DNA of 64,000 nucleotides from an uncultured Verrucomicrobiota bacterium (GCA_964654645.1 CAZZJO010000048.1:400-64399); one strand, 5' to 3'. Positions 10,841-20,603 are shown, numbered from the stretch's first letter. Notes: generated from the sequence alone by a model not told the origin. A program made the numbers and translations.

Positions 10841-12247
10841 CTATGGCCTTTTCGTCGTTCTCAGCCTAATGAGTACGCAGGTAAATAAAGCACCCACCAA
10901 AAAAATAGTTGTTGTGGTTGGCTCAGGGACAAGCTCAATTTCCATAACCCATCTTTCAAGCCGCGGCAATCCCCCAGCAGGATTCCAATCTCCAATATAC
11001 AAATACCATGTTCCTATCGGATTAGCTCCGCGGAAAATATCATTTAAGGCGGTTCTAGTAGCAAACTTGTAATCATCACCCTTGCCTGTTGCGGGATCTA
11101 CGTGGCGTCCATCAGGTTGCCAACTCCCGAGAACGCGCCCATATTGGTCCGTGGAATATGAATATTGATGGTAGAGATGGATATCATAAGTAGCCGAATC
11201 AGTGATCGTAACAACGAAACCTGGATCGTTTGGAGGCCTACCATAGCCGACTCCTGGCCGATTAATCAAATAAATGTATTGTCCAGTCGGTGCTTGAAGG
11301 CGCACCGCAATATCAGAGTTTCGTCCACCAGTGATCATTAAAGAAACGCTTATGCTTTGGATTTGACTAAATTCCCCTTCTCCTGGCGAGGCTACTTGCA
11401 ACGGTACCGCAACCCAGGTCCGTTGCCCAAACTCTACTGAACCTTCCCATGTAAAAGTAGCTATTGCCCCTGTAACATTGCCAACGTGTGAAAACAAAAG
11501 TAGAATCAGCAAAAGCTCCTTGCTTGGCGCTCGACTTTGGGCGCTAAACCTAAAGCTAACCCGTAATAAATTCAGTAAATATAACCCACAAACAATTATC
11601 ATCCCCGCGAGCAACGGACGGATTGTAGTTATAATTCCGAGGAACAACGACGACACTTCCTGCCTTGTTTGAACGAACACCCGTTTGTGTGCATGCTGTG
11701 GTTCGGTGGAGATTCTATTAACAACCTGGGGTTGTCTCAAAATCTCTCGAGCAAATACCTCAAACTCAGTTGGCGTTAATCCACTCTGATTTGTATTGGC
11801 GAGATCATGGTTACCTATCCCTACTGCTTCGCATGCATGGTAAACACGGAGATTGTCCAGAGCAAAATTAACTTCGAAAATTCCACGATCTATAAGTCCG
11901 AGTATGAATTCCTGGCTTCTTCTACCCAGGGGAAGCACGCTCATAATCACCTTGCCACTGTCAATCACCATACTGAACCCCGCAAAGTCTTTTCCCACAA
12001 CACTTCTGTAAGTTACCCACCCGTTCCGAATCTTGTGCAACCCTCCCAATCTACTGGGAAATCCTACGCAATCGTCCTCACCAGCAAAAAATATTAAGCT
12101 AGTGGCTACTTGAGGAGACAAATGGGGAGAGAAAACAAATTCCCTTCTGGGTACTGGTGAAACGATGGCAGCCCTTAGGTTAAAAGCAAATGCCAATGCA
12201 CAAACCAACAGCCAAAATTTCCAGGCGCGGCTCACCTTCCTCATCAT
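10841..12247 (-). CDS. PEP-CTERM protein: N-terminal lectin-like domain + TM + P-domain-like paralog of 9899..10663
   Basis: The C-terminal 225 aa are a clear paralog of the neighbouring gene: GAIATFTWEG..., LMITGGRNSDIAVRLQAPTGQYIYLINRPG, NPIGTWYLYIGDWNPAGGLPRLERWVMEIEL, then VPEPTTTTIFLVGALFTCVLIRLRTTKRP. The N-terminal half has its own signal peptide (MMRKVSRAWKFWLLVCALAFAFNLRA), so the start was placed at ATG 12247; the track start is 12298. This may be two genes (see findings). Confidence 0.6.
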   Translation of the reverse strand: MMRKVSRAWKFWLLVCALAFAFNLRAAIVSPVPRREFVFSPHLSPQVATSLIFFAGEDDCVGFPSRLGGLHKIRNGWVTYRSVVGKDFAGFSMVIDSGKVIMSVLPLGRRSQEFILGLIDRGIFEVNFALDNLRVYHACEAVGIGNHDLANTNQSGLTPTEFEVFAREILRQPQVVNRISTEPQHAHKRVFVQTRQEVSSLFLGIITTIRPLLAGMIIVCGLYLLNLLRVSFRFSAQSRAPSKELLLILLLFSHVGNVTGAIATFTWEGSVEFGQRTWVAVPLQVASPGEGEFSQIQSISVSLMITGGRNSDIAVRLQAPTGQYIYLINRPGVGYGRPPNDPGFVVTITDSATYDIHLYHQYSYSTDQYGRVLGSWQPDGRHVDPATGKGDDYKFATRTALNDIFRGANPIGTWYLYIGDWNPAGGLPRLERWVMEIELVPEPTTTTIFLVGALFTCVLIRLRTTKRP

Positions 12248-13007
12248 CTGAGAAGCCGTCCCGACAATTTGGCTGTGTACCCACCTTCTTAGGCACATAA
12301 CCTTTCTTAGGATAAATCTAACGCACTTTACTAAAGCACGGATGTAAAGAATCGAGAGGTTCCAGTCGTATCATTTCGGAAAAACCATCCGTATTTATAC
12401 GTACGGCGCATAGCTAAGCTTTCCATCCAATTTACTCATTTGCCGGGGGATCTTTTAAAAATTATAGCTGAAAGGAGTGAAGTGGGATTGTGCGGGAATT
12501 TTCACAGATTAGGCGAAGCCCATGGGTATAGGGTTGACCAAAAGTAGTACCTATGACCGAATCCCTGGGGAAGACAGAACTATTGCTATCCGCATTTTGG
12601 GGGTGGGATCAGATTTTAACCACGTTCTTTTTAAAAGCCTCCTTAACAAATTGTTATGCCTGGCTTTTCCCATTCAGTTCTTCAAAGCCTCCGCCGGCCA
12701 AACAAGGTCCTTTTAGCCACCCATATAATCCGATTCAGATCGGTGATTTCAATCAGCTCCATGGCCGCTAATTTCTTATTTGGCTAATCAGGTGCCGAAA
12801 GGAGAATAAATCAGACATCATGAATAGACAGGTAGTGCCCTTTTTGCTTTAGTCGAGTAACGTTTTTATGTTTACCGGATGCGACGGTTATTCCGATTGG
12901 TGCAGAATTATGGACCATTGGTACCCGACTAACTCATCAGCGGGATGGGGACCTGCTCCGATATAAACCCTCTTTTCGGTTTAGCAGGGCGCGTGCAATC
13001 GCCCAGA

Positions 13008-13715
13008 TTACGGTCTTATTGTGTCTGCTGCTCGAAAAGGATCTGCGGGCGGGTACAACTTTACTAATCCAGCTGAGATAGCGAACCGCGTTAAACCAGC
13101 CGCTGAGTGGATATTTAACTTTCGCATTATTCGCTCGCGGTGTGTCTCGATTGTTCTTATGCTCAGATTAAGTTTTTGGGCTACTTCTTTGTTAGAAAAA
13201 CCTTCTGCAATTAGACTGAGAATTTGTATTTCTCGCGCAGTTAATTTCGAGAGTGGCGACTGAGGCTTCCCAGTGGTGTATTCAATATATTGGCTAAGGG
13301 CTAGGCGGGCCACATCCTTACTGAAATAAATTTCGCCGTTTACCACTGCTTGTATACCCTCAATGATTTCTTCTGGGGAGGCCGTCTTCAAAATATATCC
13401 TCGAATACCAACCTGTATAAGTTTATGTAAGGTCACGTGGTCAACGTGCATCGACAGGATTATCACCTTGGTGTTCGGTGACTGAGCTTTTAGTTGTTCA
13501 ACCACCAATACCCCATCCGGCCCTGGCATATTAAGATCAAGTAACACCACATCAGGATTTAATTCCTTCGCCAGCTCCAATGTTTGTTCACCCGTGGTGG
13601 CTTCCCCCACGACTTCCATTGTAGGAAACCGAGCTAAACAGCCTTCAATTCCTTTGCGGACCACTGGATGATCATCCGCAAGTAAGACTTTGATCTTCTT
13701 CTCTGATTTATCCAT
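13008..13715 (-). CDS. NarL/FixJ-family response regulator
   Basis: MDKSEKKIKVLLADDHPVVRKGIEG...PDVVLLDLNMPGPDG (REC) plus LTAREIQILSLIAEGFSNKEVAQKLNLSIRTIETHRERIMRKLNI (LuxR HTH). The track ORF runs on to 14489, but that extension is antisense to the plus-strand gene 13849..14700 and is not protein-like. An alternative start is ATG 13751. Confidence 0.85.
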   Translation of the reverse strand: MDKSEKKIKVLLADDHPVVRKGIEGCLARFPTMEVVGEATTGEQTLELAKELNPDVVLLDLNMPGPDGVLVVEQLKAQSPNTKVIILSMHVDHVTLHKLIQVGIRGYILKTASPEEIIEGIQAVVNGEIYFSKDVARLALSQYIEYTTGKPQSPLSKLTAREIQILSLIAEGFSNKEVAQKLNLSIRTIETHRERIMRKLNIHSAAGLTRFAISAGLVKLYPPADPFRAADTIRP

Positions 13716-13848
13716 ACCCCTCGTCAGCTGAGTAGAAGTTTGTGCTTCCATAACCGGGCGTATTCCAAAAATTGAACGTCTTTGCATAAATGTATCAAAA
13801 ACCGGTAGTATCGCGCAACAAAAAGATTCCGTTGGTGTTAAACGATGT

Positions 13849-14700
13849 GTGACATATAATTTACGCGTGGTAACATTCCGCATTAAAACCGTTTGTTTCA
13901 CCAGTTTGGTGGCAGCGATAGTAATAAACGCTACTGCCAACCCATACCTTGTTATAACCAACCGAAATGCCTTCGGATTAAAACCAGAACAAACGGCTCC
14001 AAAACAAGAAGAAATTCGTACACCACCTGCCAAAGTGAAACTGGAAGGCGTAATGAACTTGATGGGCAAGCGCCAGGCAATTTTACGAGTTTCAAAACAG
14101 GGGGTCCCTCCCGGACAAGAACCAGTGTTAATTCTTGGTGAGGGAGAACGCGACCAAGATATCGAAGTCATCTCCATCAACGACGAGGCTGGGGAAGTGA
14201 AAATAAAAAATGCGGGAGTTGTTTCCACAATTACATTTGAAAAGCAATCAACTGGTCCTGGCTTAGCGCCCGGAAACATTTCATTGCCCACTCCAACTAT
14301 TGCAAATATTCCTTCCCGGCCCAATCCAATCCTATCAACGCAGGCACCGGCCGTCCATGCCCCTTCACCGGTTCCCGTACCACAACAGATGCGAAGTATC
14401 CCGCCTGGAACTACACAACCAACAACGCCTTCCACTGCTATTAACCCCGGACAACCCATTGCTAGCGCTACGCCAATTCGGCCTCCCACAATCCAAAGAC
14501 AAATCCGGACAGAAGAGAGACCACTTTCGTACGAGGAACAGATTATTCTTACTGAGATTGAGCGTATTAGAACTAAAGAACAAGTGGAGCGGGGTGAACT
14601 GCCCCCGCTGCCACCGACCGAATTAACTCCTCCTGAAGAGCTGGAAAAAATCTTGGCAAAACCCCAACAAGGCGCAATCCCTCCAATCCCTCAACGTTAG
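13849..14700 (+). CDS. Membrane-anchored PilP/GspC-like beta-domain protein with proline-rich C-terminal half
   Basis: GTG start (alternative GTG at 13867). N-terminal hydrophobic anchor: TVCFTSLVAAIVINATA. The RNAFGLKP motif is followed by a PilP/GspC-like pattern: VKLEGVMNLMGKRQAILRV...LILGEGERDQDIEVISINDEAGEVKIKNAGVVSTITF. A long P/T/S-rich segment and a charged helical tail follow. Function is not established. Confidence 0.55.
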   Translation: MTYNLRVVTFRIKTVCFTSLVAAIVINATANPYLVITNRNAFGLKPEQTAPKQEEIRTPPAKVKLEGVMNLMGKRQAILRVSKQGVPPGQEPVLILGEGERDQDIEVISINDEAGEVKIKNAGVVSTITFEKQSTGPGLAPGNISLPTPTIANIPSRPNPILSTQAPAVHAPSPVPVPQQMRSIPPGTTQPTTPSTAINPGQPIASATPIRPPTIQRQIRTEERPLSYEEQIILTEIERIRTKEQVERGELPPLPPTELTPPEELEKILAKPQQGAIPPIPQR

Positions 14701-15480
14701 TCAAATTGAGGGGGTACCAGTAACCCATCCATACCCCTTCTGCTCCAGTTCGTGAGCCAAAGACTTGTCGCCTGAAATCACTATCCGTCCGTCAACAAGC
14801 ACATGAACGTAATCGGGCTCGATATAACTAAGCAACCGCTGGTAATGCGTAATAATAAGTTGTGCTGAGTCGGGTCGGCGGAGGCTGGCAAGATTCGAAG
14901 CCACCAGTTTCAAAGCGTCGATATCCAAACCCGAATCGGGTTCATCCAGTATAGCCAATTTAGGTTCCAACACAGCCATTTGCAAAATCTCATTGCGCTT
15001 TCTCTCGCCACCCGAAAATCCCTCGTTCACTGAACGCTTCAATATGTTCTCATCTAGGTCTAGCTTCGCTGCTTTCTCTCTAAGCAAGGAAATAAATTCC
15101 GTGGGATCTAATTCGTCCAATCCGCGATGGTGGCGGATTTGGTTGAGTGCCGCACGCAAGAAACTCATTGTGCTTACGCCAGGTAATTCCACCGGGTATT
15201 GAAAGGCAAGAAACAGTCCTTCGCGAGCGCGTTCTTCGGGCTTAAGCTCTAGCAAATTGCGCCCGCAAAATATTACTTCACCTTTGAGCACCCTGTAAGC
15301 GGGGTGTCCTACTAAAACGCCTGCGAGCGTACTCTTCCCACTACCATTCGGGCCCATGATAGCGTGTACTTCCCCCGGATAGACAGTTAGGTTGATGCCA
15401 TGGAGGATGGTTTTACCTTCTACTTCTGCGTGCAACTGGCGGATCTCCAAAATTGGGTATCTGGTTTGACGTGATTCCAT
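14701..15480 (-). CDS. sufC: Fe-S cluster assembly ATPase SufC
   Basis: Walker A: GPNGSGKSTL. ABC signature: FSGGERKRNEI. Walker B: LAILDEPDSGLDIDA. 259 aa, 8 nt downstream of sufB. Confidence 0.95.
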   Translation of the reverse strand: MESRQTRYPILEIRQLHAEVEGKTILHGINLTVYPGEVHAIMGPNGSGKSTLAGVLVGHPAYRVLKGEVIFCGRNLLELKPEERAREGLFLAFQYPVELPGVSTMSFLRAALNQIRHHRGLDELDPTEFISLLREKAAKLDLDENILKRSVNEGFSGGERKRNEILQMAVLEPKLAILDEPDSGLDIDALKLVASNLASLRRPDSAQLIITHYQRLLSYIEPDYVHVLVDGRIVISGDKSLAHELEQKGYGWVTGTPSI

Positions 15481-15488
15481 AAATTCAC

Positions 15489-16940
15489 TTATCCTACTGA
15501 GCCTTCAAGCGAGACTTCCAAAAGCTTTTTGGCTTCTACTGCAAACTCAAGTGGCAATTCCTGGATAATTTCTTTACAAAAACCATTCACGATCAAATTT
15601 ACAGCGTCTTGCACAGAAAGTCCCCGTTGCAGGCAATAGAAAATCTGGTCATCCGAGATCTTTGACGTTGTAGCCTCGTGCTCAATAATGGCTGTTTCAT
15701 TCGCTGATTCTATGACAGGGAATGTGTGAGCACCACATTTATCACCTATCAACAGTGAATCGCATCGTGTATAATTGCGGGCGCCTTCGGCGTTTGGTCC
15801 TATCCGGACAAGCCCTCTATATGTATTGTGTGCAAAGCCAGCGGAAATACCCTTCGAAATAATTGTGCTCCGGGTGTTTTCCCCTAAATGGATCATCTTT
15901 GTGCCCGTGTCAGCTTGCTGGTAATGGGTAGCTACCGCGACGGAGTAAAACTCGCCCACCGAATTATCCCCTTTTAGAATGCAGCTCGGGTATTTCCACG
16001 TTATAGCGGAACCCACCTCGACTTGCGTCCAGGAGATCTTTGAATTCCGCCCCAGGCAAATCCCCCGTTTGGTTACAAAGTTGTAAATCCCACCACGTCC
16101 TTGCTCATCCCCAGGGTACCAATTTTGTACGGTGCTATACTTAATCTGTGCGTTGTCCAAGGCAACCAACTCTACCACAGCCGCGTGCAACTGATTTTCA
16201 TCACGCATGGGTGCAGTGCAACCTTCCAAGTAACTCACGTAACCTCCCTCATCAACAACAATCAGTGTACGTTCGAACTGTCCTGAGCGAGCCGCGTTGA
16301 TTCGAAAGTAAGTCGAGAGCTCCACCGGGCATCGGACCCCGGGTGGAATGTAACAAAATGAACCGTCGGTAAACACTGCTGAATTCAACGCTGCGAAAAA
16401 GTTGTCTGTGTACGGGACAACGGTACCAAGATACTTGCGCACTAAATCAGGGTGTTCTCTTATCGCTTCACTTATAGGGCAAAAAATAATGCCCAACTTT
16501 TCCAATTGCTCTTTTAGTGTAGTCCCTACGGACACGCTATCGAAGATAGCGTCTACGGCTACACCTGCTAATATTTGCCGCTCGTGTAGTGGAATGCCCA
16601 GCTTTTCATATGTCTCGAGCAATCGAGGATCAACTTCGTCTAGGCTGCGCGGCCCCTGGGCTACTGAACGCGGGGCTACGTAATACGTGATCGCTTGGTA
16701 ATCAATCGGGGGATACTTGACATTTGCCCAATGCGGCTCACGCAATGTCAACCAATACCGGTATGCACGTAATCTCCATTCGGTTAACCATTCCGGTTCG
16801 CCCTTCCGAGTAGAGATATAACGAATGATATCCTCGTTTAGGCCTGGCGGAACCGATTCGGTCTCAATGTCGGTGTAAAAGCCGTAACGGTACTGCCGCC
16901 GTATCAATCCTTGGAATGTGTCCCTATCATCATTCATCAA
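15489..16940 (-). CDS. sufB: Fe-S cluster assembly scaffold SufB
   Basis: 483 aa with typical SufB blocks: [79 protein letters not shown]. Confidence 0.95.
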   Translation of the reverse strand: MMNDDRDTFQGLIRRQYRYGFYTDIETESVPPGLNEDIIRYISTRKGEPEWLTEWRLRAYRYWLTLREPHWANVKYPPIDYQAITYYVAPRSVAQGPRSLDEVDPRLLETYEKLGIPLHERQILAGVAVDAIFDSVSVGTTLKEQLEKLGIIFCPISEAIREHPDLVRKYLGTVVPYTDNFFAALNSAVFTDGSFCYIPPGVRCPVELSTYFRINAARSGQFERTLIVVDEGGYVSYLEGCTAPMRDENQLHAAVVELVALDNAQIKYSTVQNWYPGDEQGRGGIYNFVTKRGICLGRNSKISWTQVEVGSAITWKYPSCILKGDNSVGEFYSVAVATHYQQADTGTKMIHLGENTRSTIISKGISAGFAHNTYRGLVRIGPNAEGARNYTRCDSLLIGDKCGAHTFPVIESANETAIIEHEATTSKISDDQIFYCLQRGLSVQDAVNLIVNGFCKEIIQELPLEFAVEAKKLLEVSLEGSVG

Positions 16941-17117
16941 CGCTCTCCTTTGATCTCAAATATTTTCTTCAAAATATCCCTCCCACGCCAGACTGTCAAA
17001 AAACCAAAGCCTTACGTGACCCACACGTCCTAAAGTGCACTTTTTTCACACTACTCGACACATTTTTTAAAGCAAATAAAGTAGACGCCGGATTTAACGG
17101 CTTTGATACTAAATCTT

Positions 17118-19751
17118 ATGATTGTGGTGCAAACATTGGGCCCTAAAAAAGCCACGCGCAGCCTACTAACTACAGCCACCGCCTCAACCGGCGTCTTCCT
17201 CTTTACCATTCTTTCTGGAGCAATAGGACAAACCAACCACCCTCCGATTTATTGGTCGATACGAATGGCCGAATCAGAAATTGCGCGTCGGGGTGATACA
17301 ATAGCATACGCTCCTGGAAGCCGAGCTAAATGGGATTACACAGTAGGCCTGTTTACGCTAAGCTTAATCAAACTTTCAGAGGCTACTACTAATCCCTCGT
17401 ACGCCGAATACGCAGAACGGGTAATCGGCTCGTTCATTCAACATGACGGTCAGATTTTCACTTATAAACTCGAGGACTACAATCTAGACAACATAAATTG
17501 TGGCAAGACGATTTTGGCACTATACGAACGGACCCGGAAAGAAAAATATCGGAAGGCTGCCGACCTCCTTCGGGAACAACTTAGAAAACATCCCCGTACT
17601 TCTGAAGGTGGTTTTTGGCATAAGAAACGGTACCCTTGGCAAATGTGGTTGGATGGCTTATACATGGGCGCGCCGTTTTATGCCCAATACACCGCAATGT
17701 TCGGAGGATCGGAAGAAGATTTCCGCGATGTTGTCCGCCAATTCGAGCTTATAGATAAGCATTTATATGATCCGGAAAAAGGGCTTTATTATCATGGCTG
17801 GGATGAAAAGCGCGAACAGGAATGGGCAGATAAAGTCACTGGTCGCTCCTCCAATTTTTGGGGACGGGCTGTGGGGTGGTATGCAATGGCATGCGTAGAC
17901 ACTTTAGATTTTATCCCGACTAACTTATCTTCGTGCCGAGCAGTGTTGCTCAACCAGGTCAAGAAAGTGGCTGAGGGCATCGTCCGCTGGCAAGACCCAA
18001 CAAACCATGTATGGTGGCAGGTTTTAGACCGACCGGGGCACCCAGGCAATTATCAAGAGTCGAGTGCGTCGGCTATGTTTGTTTACTTTCTTCTTAAATC
18101 GGTCAACAAAGGCTATTTGCCAACAAATTACCTAGGGCCAGCCATTCGGGGCTATTACGGAATCCTAAGTAACTTCATTCGGGAAGAACCCGATGGGAAA
18201 ATCTCCATCATACGATGCTGTGCTGTAGCAGGTTTGGGGTATGGGCGCGATGGATCATACGAATACTATCTGCGAGAACCGATAGTTGACAACGACCTGA
18301 AAGCAGTTGGGCCATTTATACTGGCTGGCATAGAGTTTCAAAAACTTCTCGGTCCTGTGGGTAACCTAACTGTCACTTCACTCACACAGCAAACACCCTC
18401 AAAAACAACTCTCGACAGTACAAACCTAAGTTATTGGAGCCACGTCGACAAAACCCTCGCTAGAATCCGACCTCCTACCATCCCGGAAAGGGAATTCAAC
18501 ATAATGGACTTCGGCGTTGTTGCTGACGGTCGTACAGATTGCAGCACAGCAATTGAAAGGGCAATCACAACTTGTCACAATGCAGGTGGGGGCAGAATCG
18601 TTTTCCCCGCAGGCCGATACCTAACAGGCCCCATCCACCTCAAATCGCGAGTTAATCTTCATTTTGAGGGAGGCGCAACCCTATTGTTTAAGACAGATCC
18701 TGCAGCCTATTTGCCATTGGTACTCACAAGGTGGGAAGGTATGGATTGCTACAATTATTCACCGCTGATATATGCCTACGGCCAACACGACATAGCAATT
18801 ACCGGTGAGGGTGTTCTAGACGGACAAGCAGACAATCACCACTGGTGGCCATGGAAAGGCAAAAAAGAGTACGGCTGGACTAATGGCATGCCCAACCAAA
18901 CACCGGCTCGGAATCAACTTATAAAAATGGTCGAACAAAATGTGCCAGTAGAACAACGCAGGTTTGGTGAAGGTGCTTACCTGCGACCTAACTTCATACA
19001 ATTTTACAAATGCCAAAACGTGTTGATCGAAGGTGTGCACATCGTGAGATCTCCAATGTGGGAGATTCACCCTGTGCTTTGCACCAATGTCATTGTCAGG
19101 GATGTAAAAATAACCTCTCACGGACCAAATAATGATGGCTGCAACCCGGAATCGTGTTCAGACGTGCTTATCGAACGCGTATTTTTTGACACCGGAGATG
19201 ACTGTATTGCAATTAAATCCGGCCGCAACAATGATGGCCGCCGACTCGGGATCCCCTCACAAAACATCGTCATTCGGAACTGTGTAATGAAAGACGGCCA
19301 TGGTGGTGTGACGATCGGCAGCGAAATCTCGGGGGGATGTAAAAACGTTTTCGTGGAGAATTGTATTATGGATAGTCCCAATTTAGACCGCGCACTACGA
19401 TTTAAATCCAACGCCGTACGAGGGGGCATTATCGAAAATATCTTTGTCAGAAGCATAACCGTGGGCCAAGTTGCAGATGCCGCAATCCAAATCGATTTTG
19501 TTTACGAAGAAGGAGCAAAGGGCCAATTCCCCCCAACTCTCCGCAACTTCATTGTTGAAAATATGAAAGTCCAAAATTGTAAGCGCGTATTGGATGTGGT
19601 GGGGTTCCCCGGTGCAATAATATCAAATGTATGGATAATTAACTCCGAGTTTAACGGCGTTACCAAACCTGATACCATCCAATATGCAGATGTCCAACTG
19701 ATCAATTGCAAGGTTAACCGCAAACCACAACAAGTCACAGCTAACAACTAA
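17118..19751 (+). CDS. Fusion protein: GH88/GH105-type unsaturated (rhamno)galacturonyl hydrolase + GH28 (polygalacturonase-type) domain
   Basis: The N-terminal half has GH105/YteR-like blocks: WDYTVGL, GGFWHKKRYPWQMWLDGLYMGAPFYAQY, FWGRAVGWYAMA. The C-terminal half carries all four GH28 motifs: NNDGCNP, TGDDCIAIKSG, DGHGGVTIGSE, ALRFKSN. Start placed at ATG 17118 (signal-like MIVVQTLGPKKATRSLLTTATASTGVFLFTILSGA); the track start is TTG 17103. Confidence 0.85.
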   Translation: MIVVQTLGPKKATRSLLTTATASTGVFLFTILSGAIGQTNHPPIYWSIRMAESEIARRGDTIAYAPGSRAKWDYTVGLFTLSLIKLSEATTNPSYAEYAERVIGSFIQHDGQIFTYKLEDYNLDNINCGKTILALYERTRKEKYRKAADLLREQLRKHPRTSEGGFWHKKRYPWQMWLDGLYMGAPFYAQYTAMFGGSEEDFRDVVRQFELIDKHLYDPEKGLYYHGWDEKREQEWADKVTGRSSNFWGRAVGWYAMACVDTLDFIPTNLSSCRAVLLNQVKKVAEGIVRWQDPTNHVWWQVLDRPGHPGNYQESSASAMFVYFLLKSVNKGYLPTNYLGPAIRGYYGILSNFIREEPDGKISIIRCCAVAGLGYGRDGSYEYYLREPIVDNDLKAVGPFILAGIEFQKLLGPVGNLTVTSLTQQTPSKTTLDSTNLSYWSHVDKTLARIRPPTIPEREFNIMDFGVVADGRTDCSTAIERAITTCHNAGGGRIVFPAGRYLTGPIHLKSRVNLHFEGGATLLFKTDPAAYLPLVLTRWEGMDCYNYSPLIYAYGQHDIAITGEGVLDGQADNHHWWPWKGKKEYGWTNGMPNQTPARNQLIKMVEQNVPVEQRRFGEGAYLRPNFIQFYKCQNVLIEGVHIVRSPMWEIHPVLCTNVIVRDVKITSHGPNNDGCNPESCSDVLIERVFFDTGDDCIAIKSGRNNDGRRLGIPSQNIVIRNCVMKDGHGGVTIGSEISGGCKNVFVENCIMDSPNLDRALRFKSNAVRGGIIENIFVRSITVGQVADAAIQIDFVYEEGAKGQFPPTLRNFIVENMKVQNCKRVLDVVGFPGAIISNVWIINSEFNGVTKPDTIQYADVQLINCKVNRKPQQVTANN

Positions 19752-20603
19752 TCTGCAGGTAAAGCATCTACCTATCTAAAACGGCCGTAACCTCAATTCA
19801 CATTGACCCCTTTTACATAACGCCCAAGTTCTGTCGCTACGGCTGTTGTTGGGTTGATTCGCCTTCACATTCCAAAAAACAAAGGGGAAGCATTTGGCCG
19901 AAGAGACCACCCACGATCCTCCCACCTTTCCAAGCTATAAAACTGTGGGAACGATGTCAAACAATGCGAAAACCACAATCAAGCCACAAGACTTCTGAAT
20001 CTCACCTACAGCATTAGACTATCATGGATTTGGCTGGAACCAATTCCGTATTCCGCCCATTTAAACATCTTTTTGTTACGGTCCCCACTATTTCATGCTA
20101 TTTCAAGTCGCTATCAAAAACTGGATCCTGAGTCTGTTTCCTAACACTGCATAATAAGCCCAAAGCTAATTGATCCTGCCCTTTCCCATGGGATAAGGTG
20201 ATCCACAGACCTACTCGGCTTCTAGCCCCTATTACCAAATTCAAATTACCGCTTCGTTTAATTGTTTTTCTTACAGCTCGCTGGCAAAGGACAAAAGCCT
20301 TCCGATATTTAGCGGTACACCAGTCAATAAATCCATCGCATAAACCACCTTAAAATACAAATGCTTCATTTACCCAGGAAATCTGGCTAACCTTAGCGTT
20401 AGTCTGTCGCTCCTTAACCCTATCGTTCCGCAGACGAAAACCTCATTTAGGTTGATTTGTGCGTTCTGACACCCAATGCCGGGGTAACTTAGTTGTCACC
20501 CAGTCCTGAAATATAGGGAACTCATAACATTCCTTCGGTACGCGACACTCAAACAGTGCTCACCTGAGCAAACTCCCATGGACAGTAAATTGACCTTGTT
20601 GGG

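Noticed and set aside
12699-12779. Small minus-strand ORF MELIEITDLNRIIWVAKRTLFGRRRL (26 aa), considered as a possible toxin-antitoxin or mobile-element remnant.
   Set aside because: It is too short, has no partner ORF and no flanking repeats, and I cannot tie it to any family from sequence alone.
13716-14489. The track's 493-aa minus-strand ORF (13008..14489), which extends the response regulator N-terminally by about 257 aa.
   Set aside because: The extension is Gly/Cys/Pro-rich and non-protein-like, and lies exactly antisense to the proline-rich plus-strand gene. It is a shadow ORF caused by codon-complement bias. A normal REC domain starts at MDKSEKKIKVLLADDH (ATG 13715).
19752-20603. 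Decayed rpmI/rplT downstream of infC.
   Set aside because: I could not recognise L35 (MPKMKTH...) or L20 (MPRVKRG...) starts in the minus-strand frames by eye, and no ORF of 60 aa or more exists. The region is reported only as an unexplained non-coding stretch.
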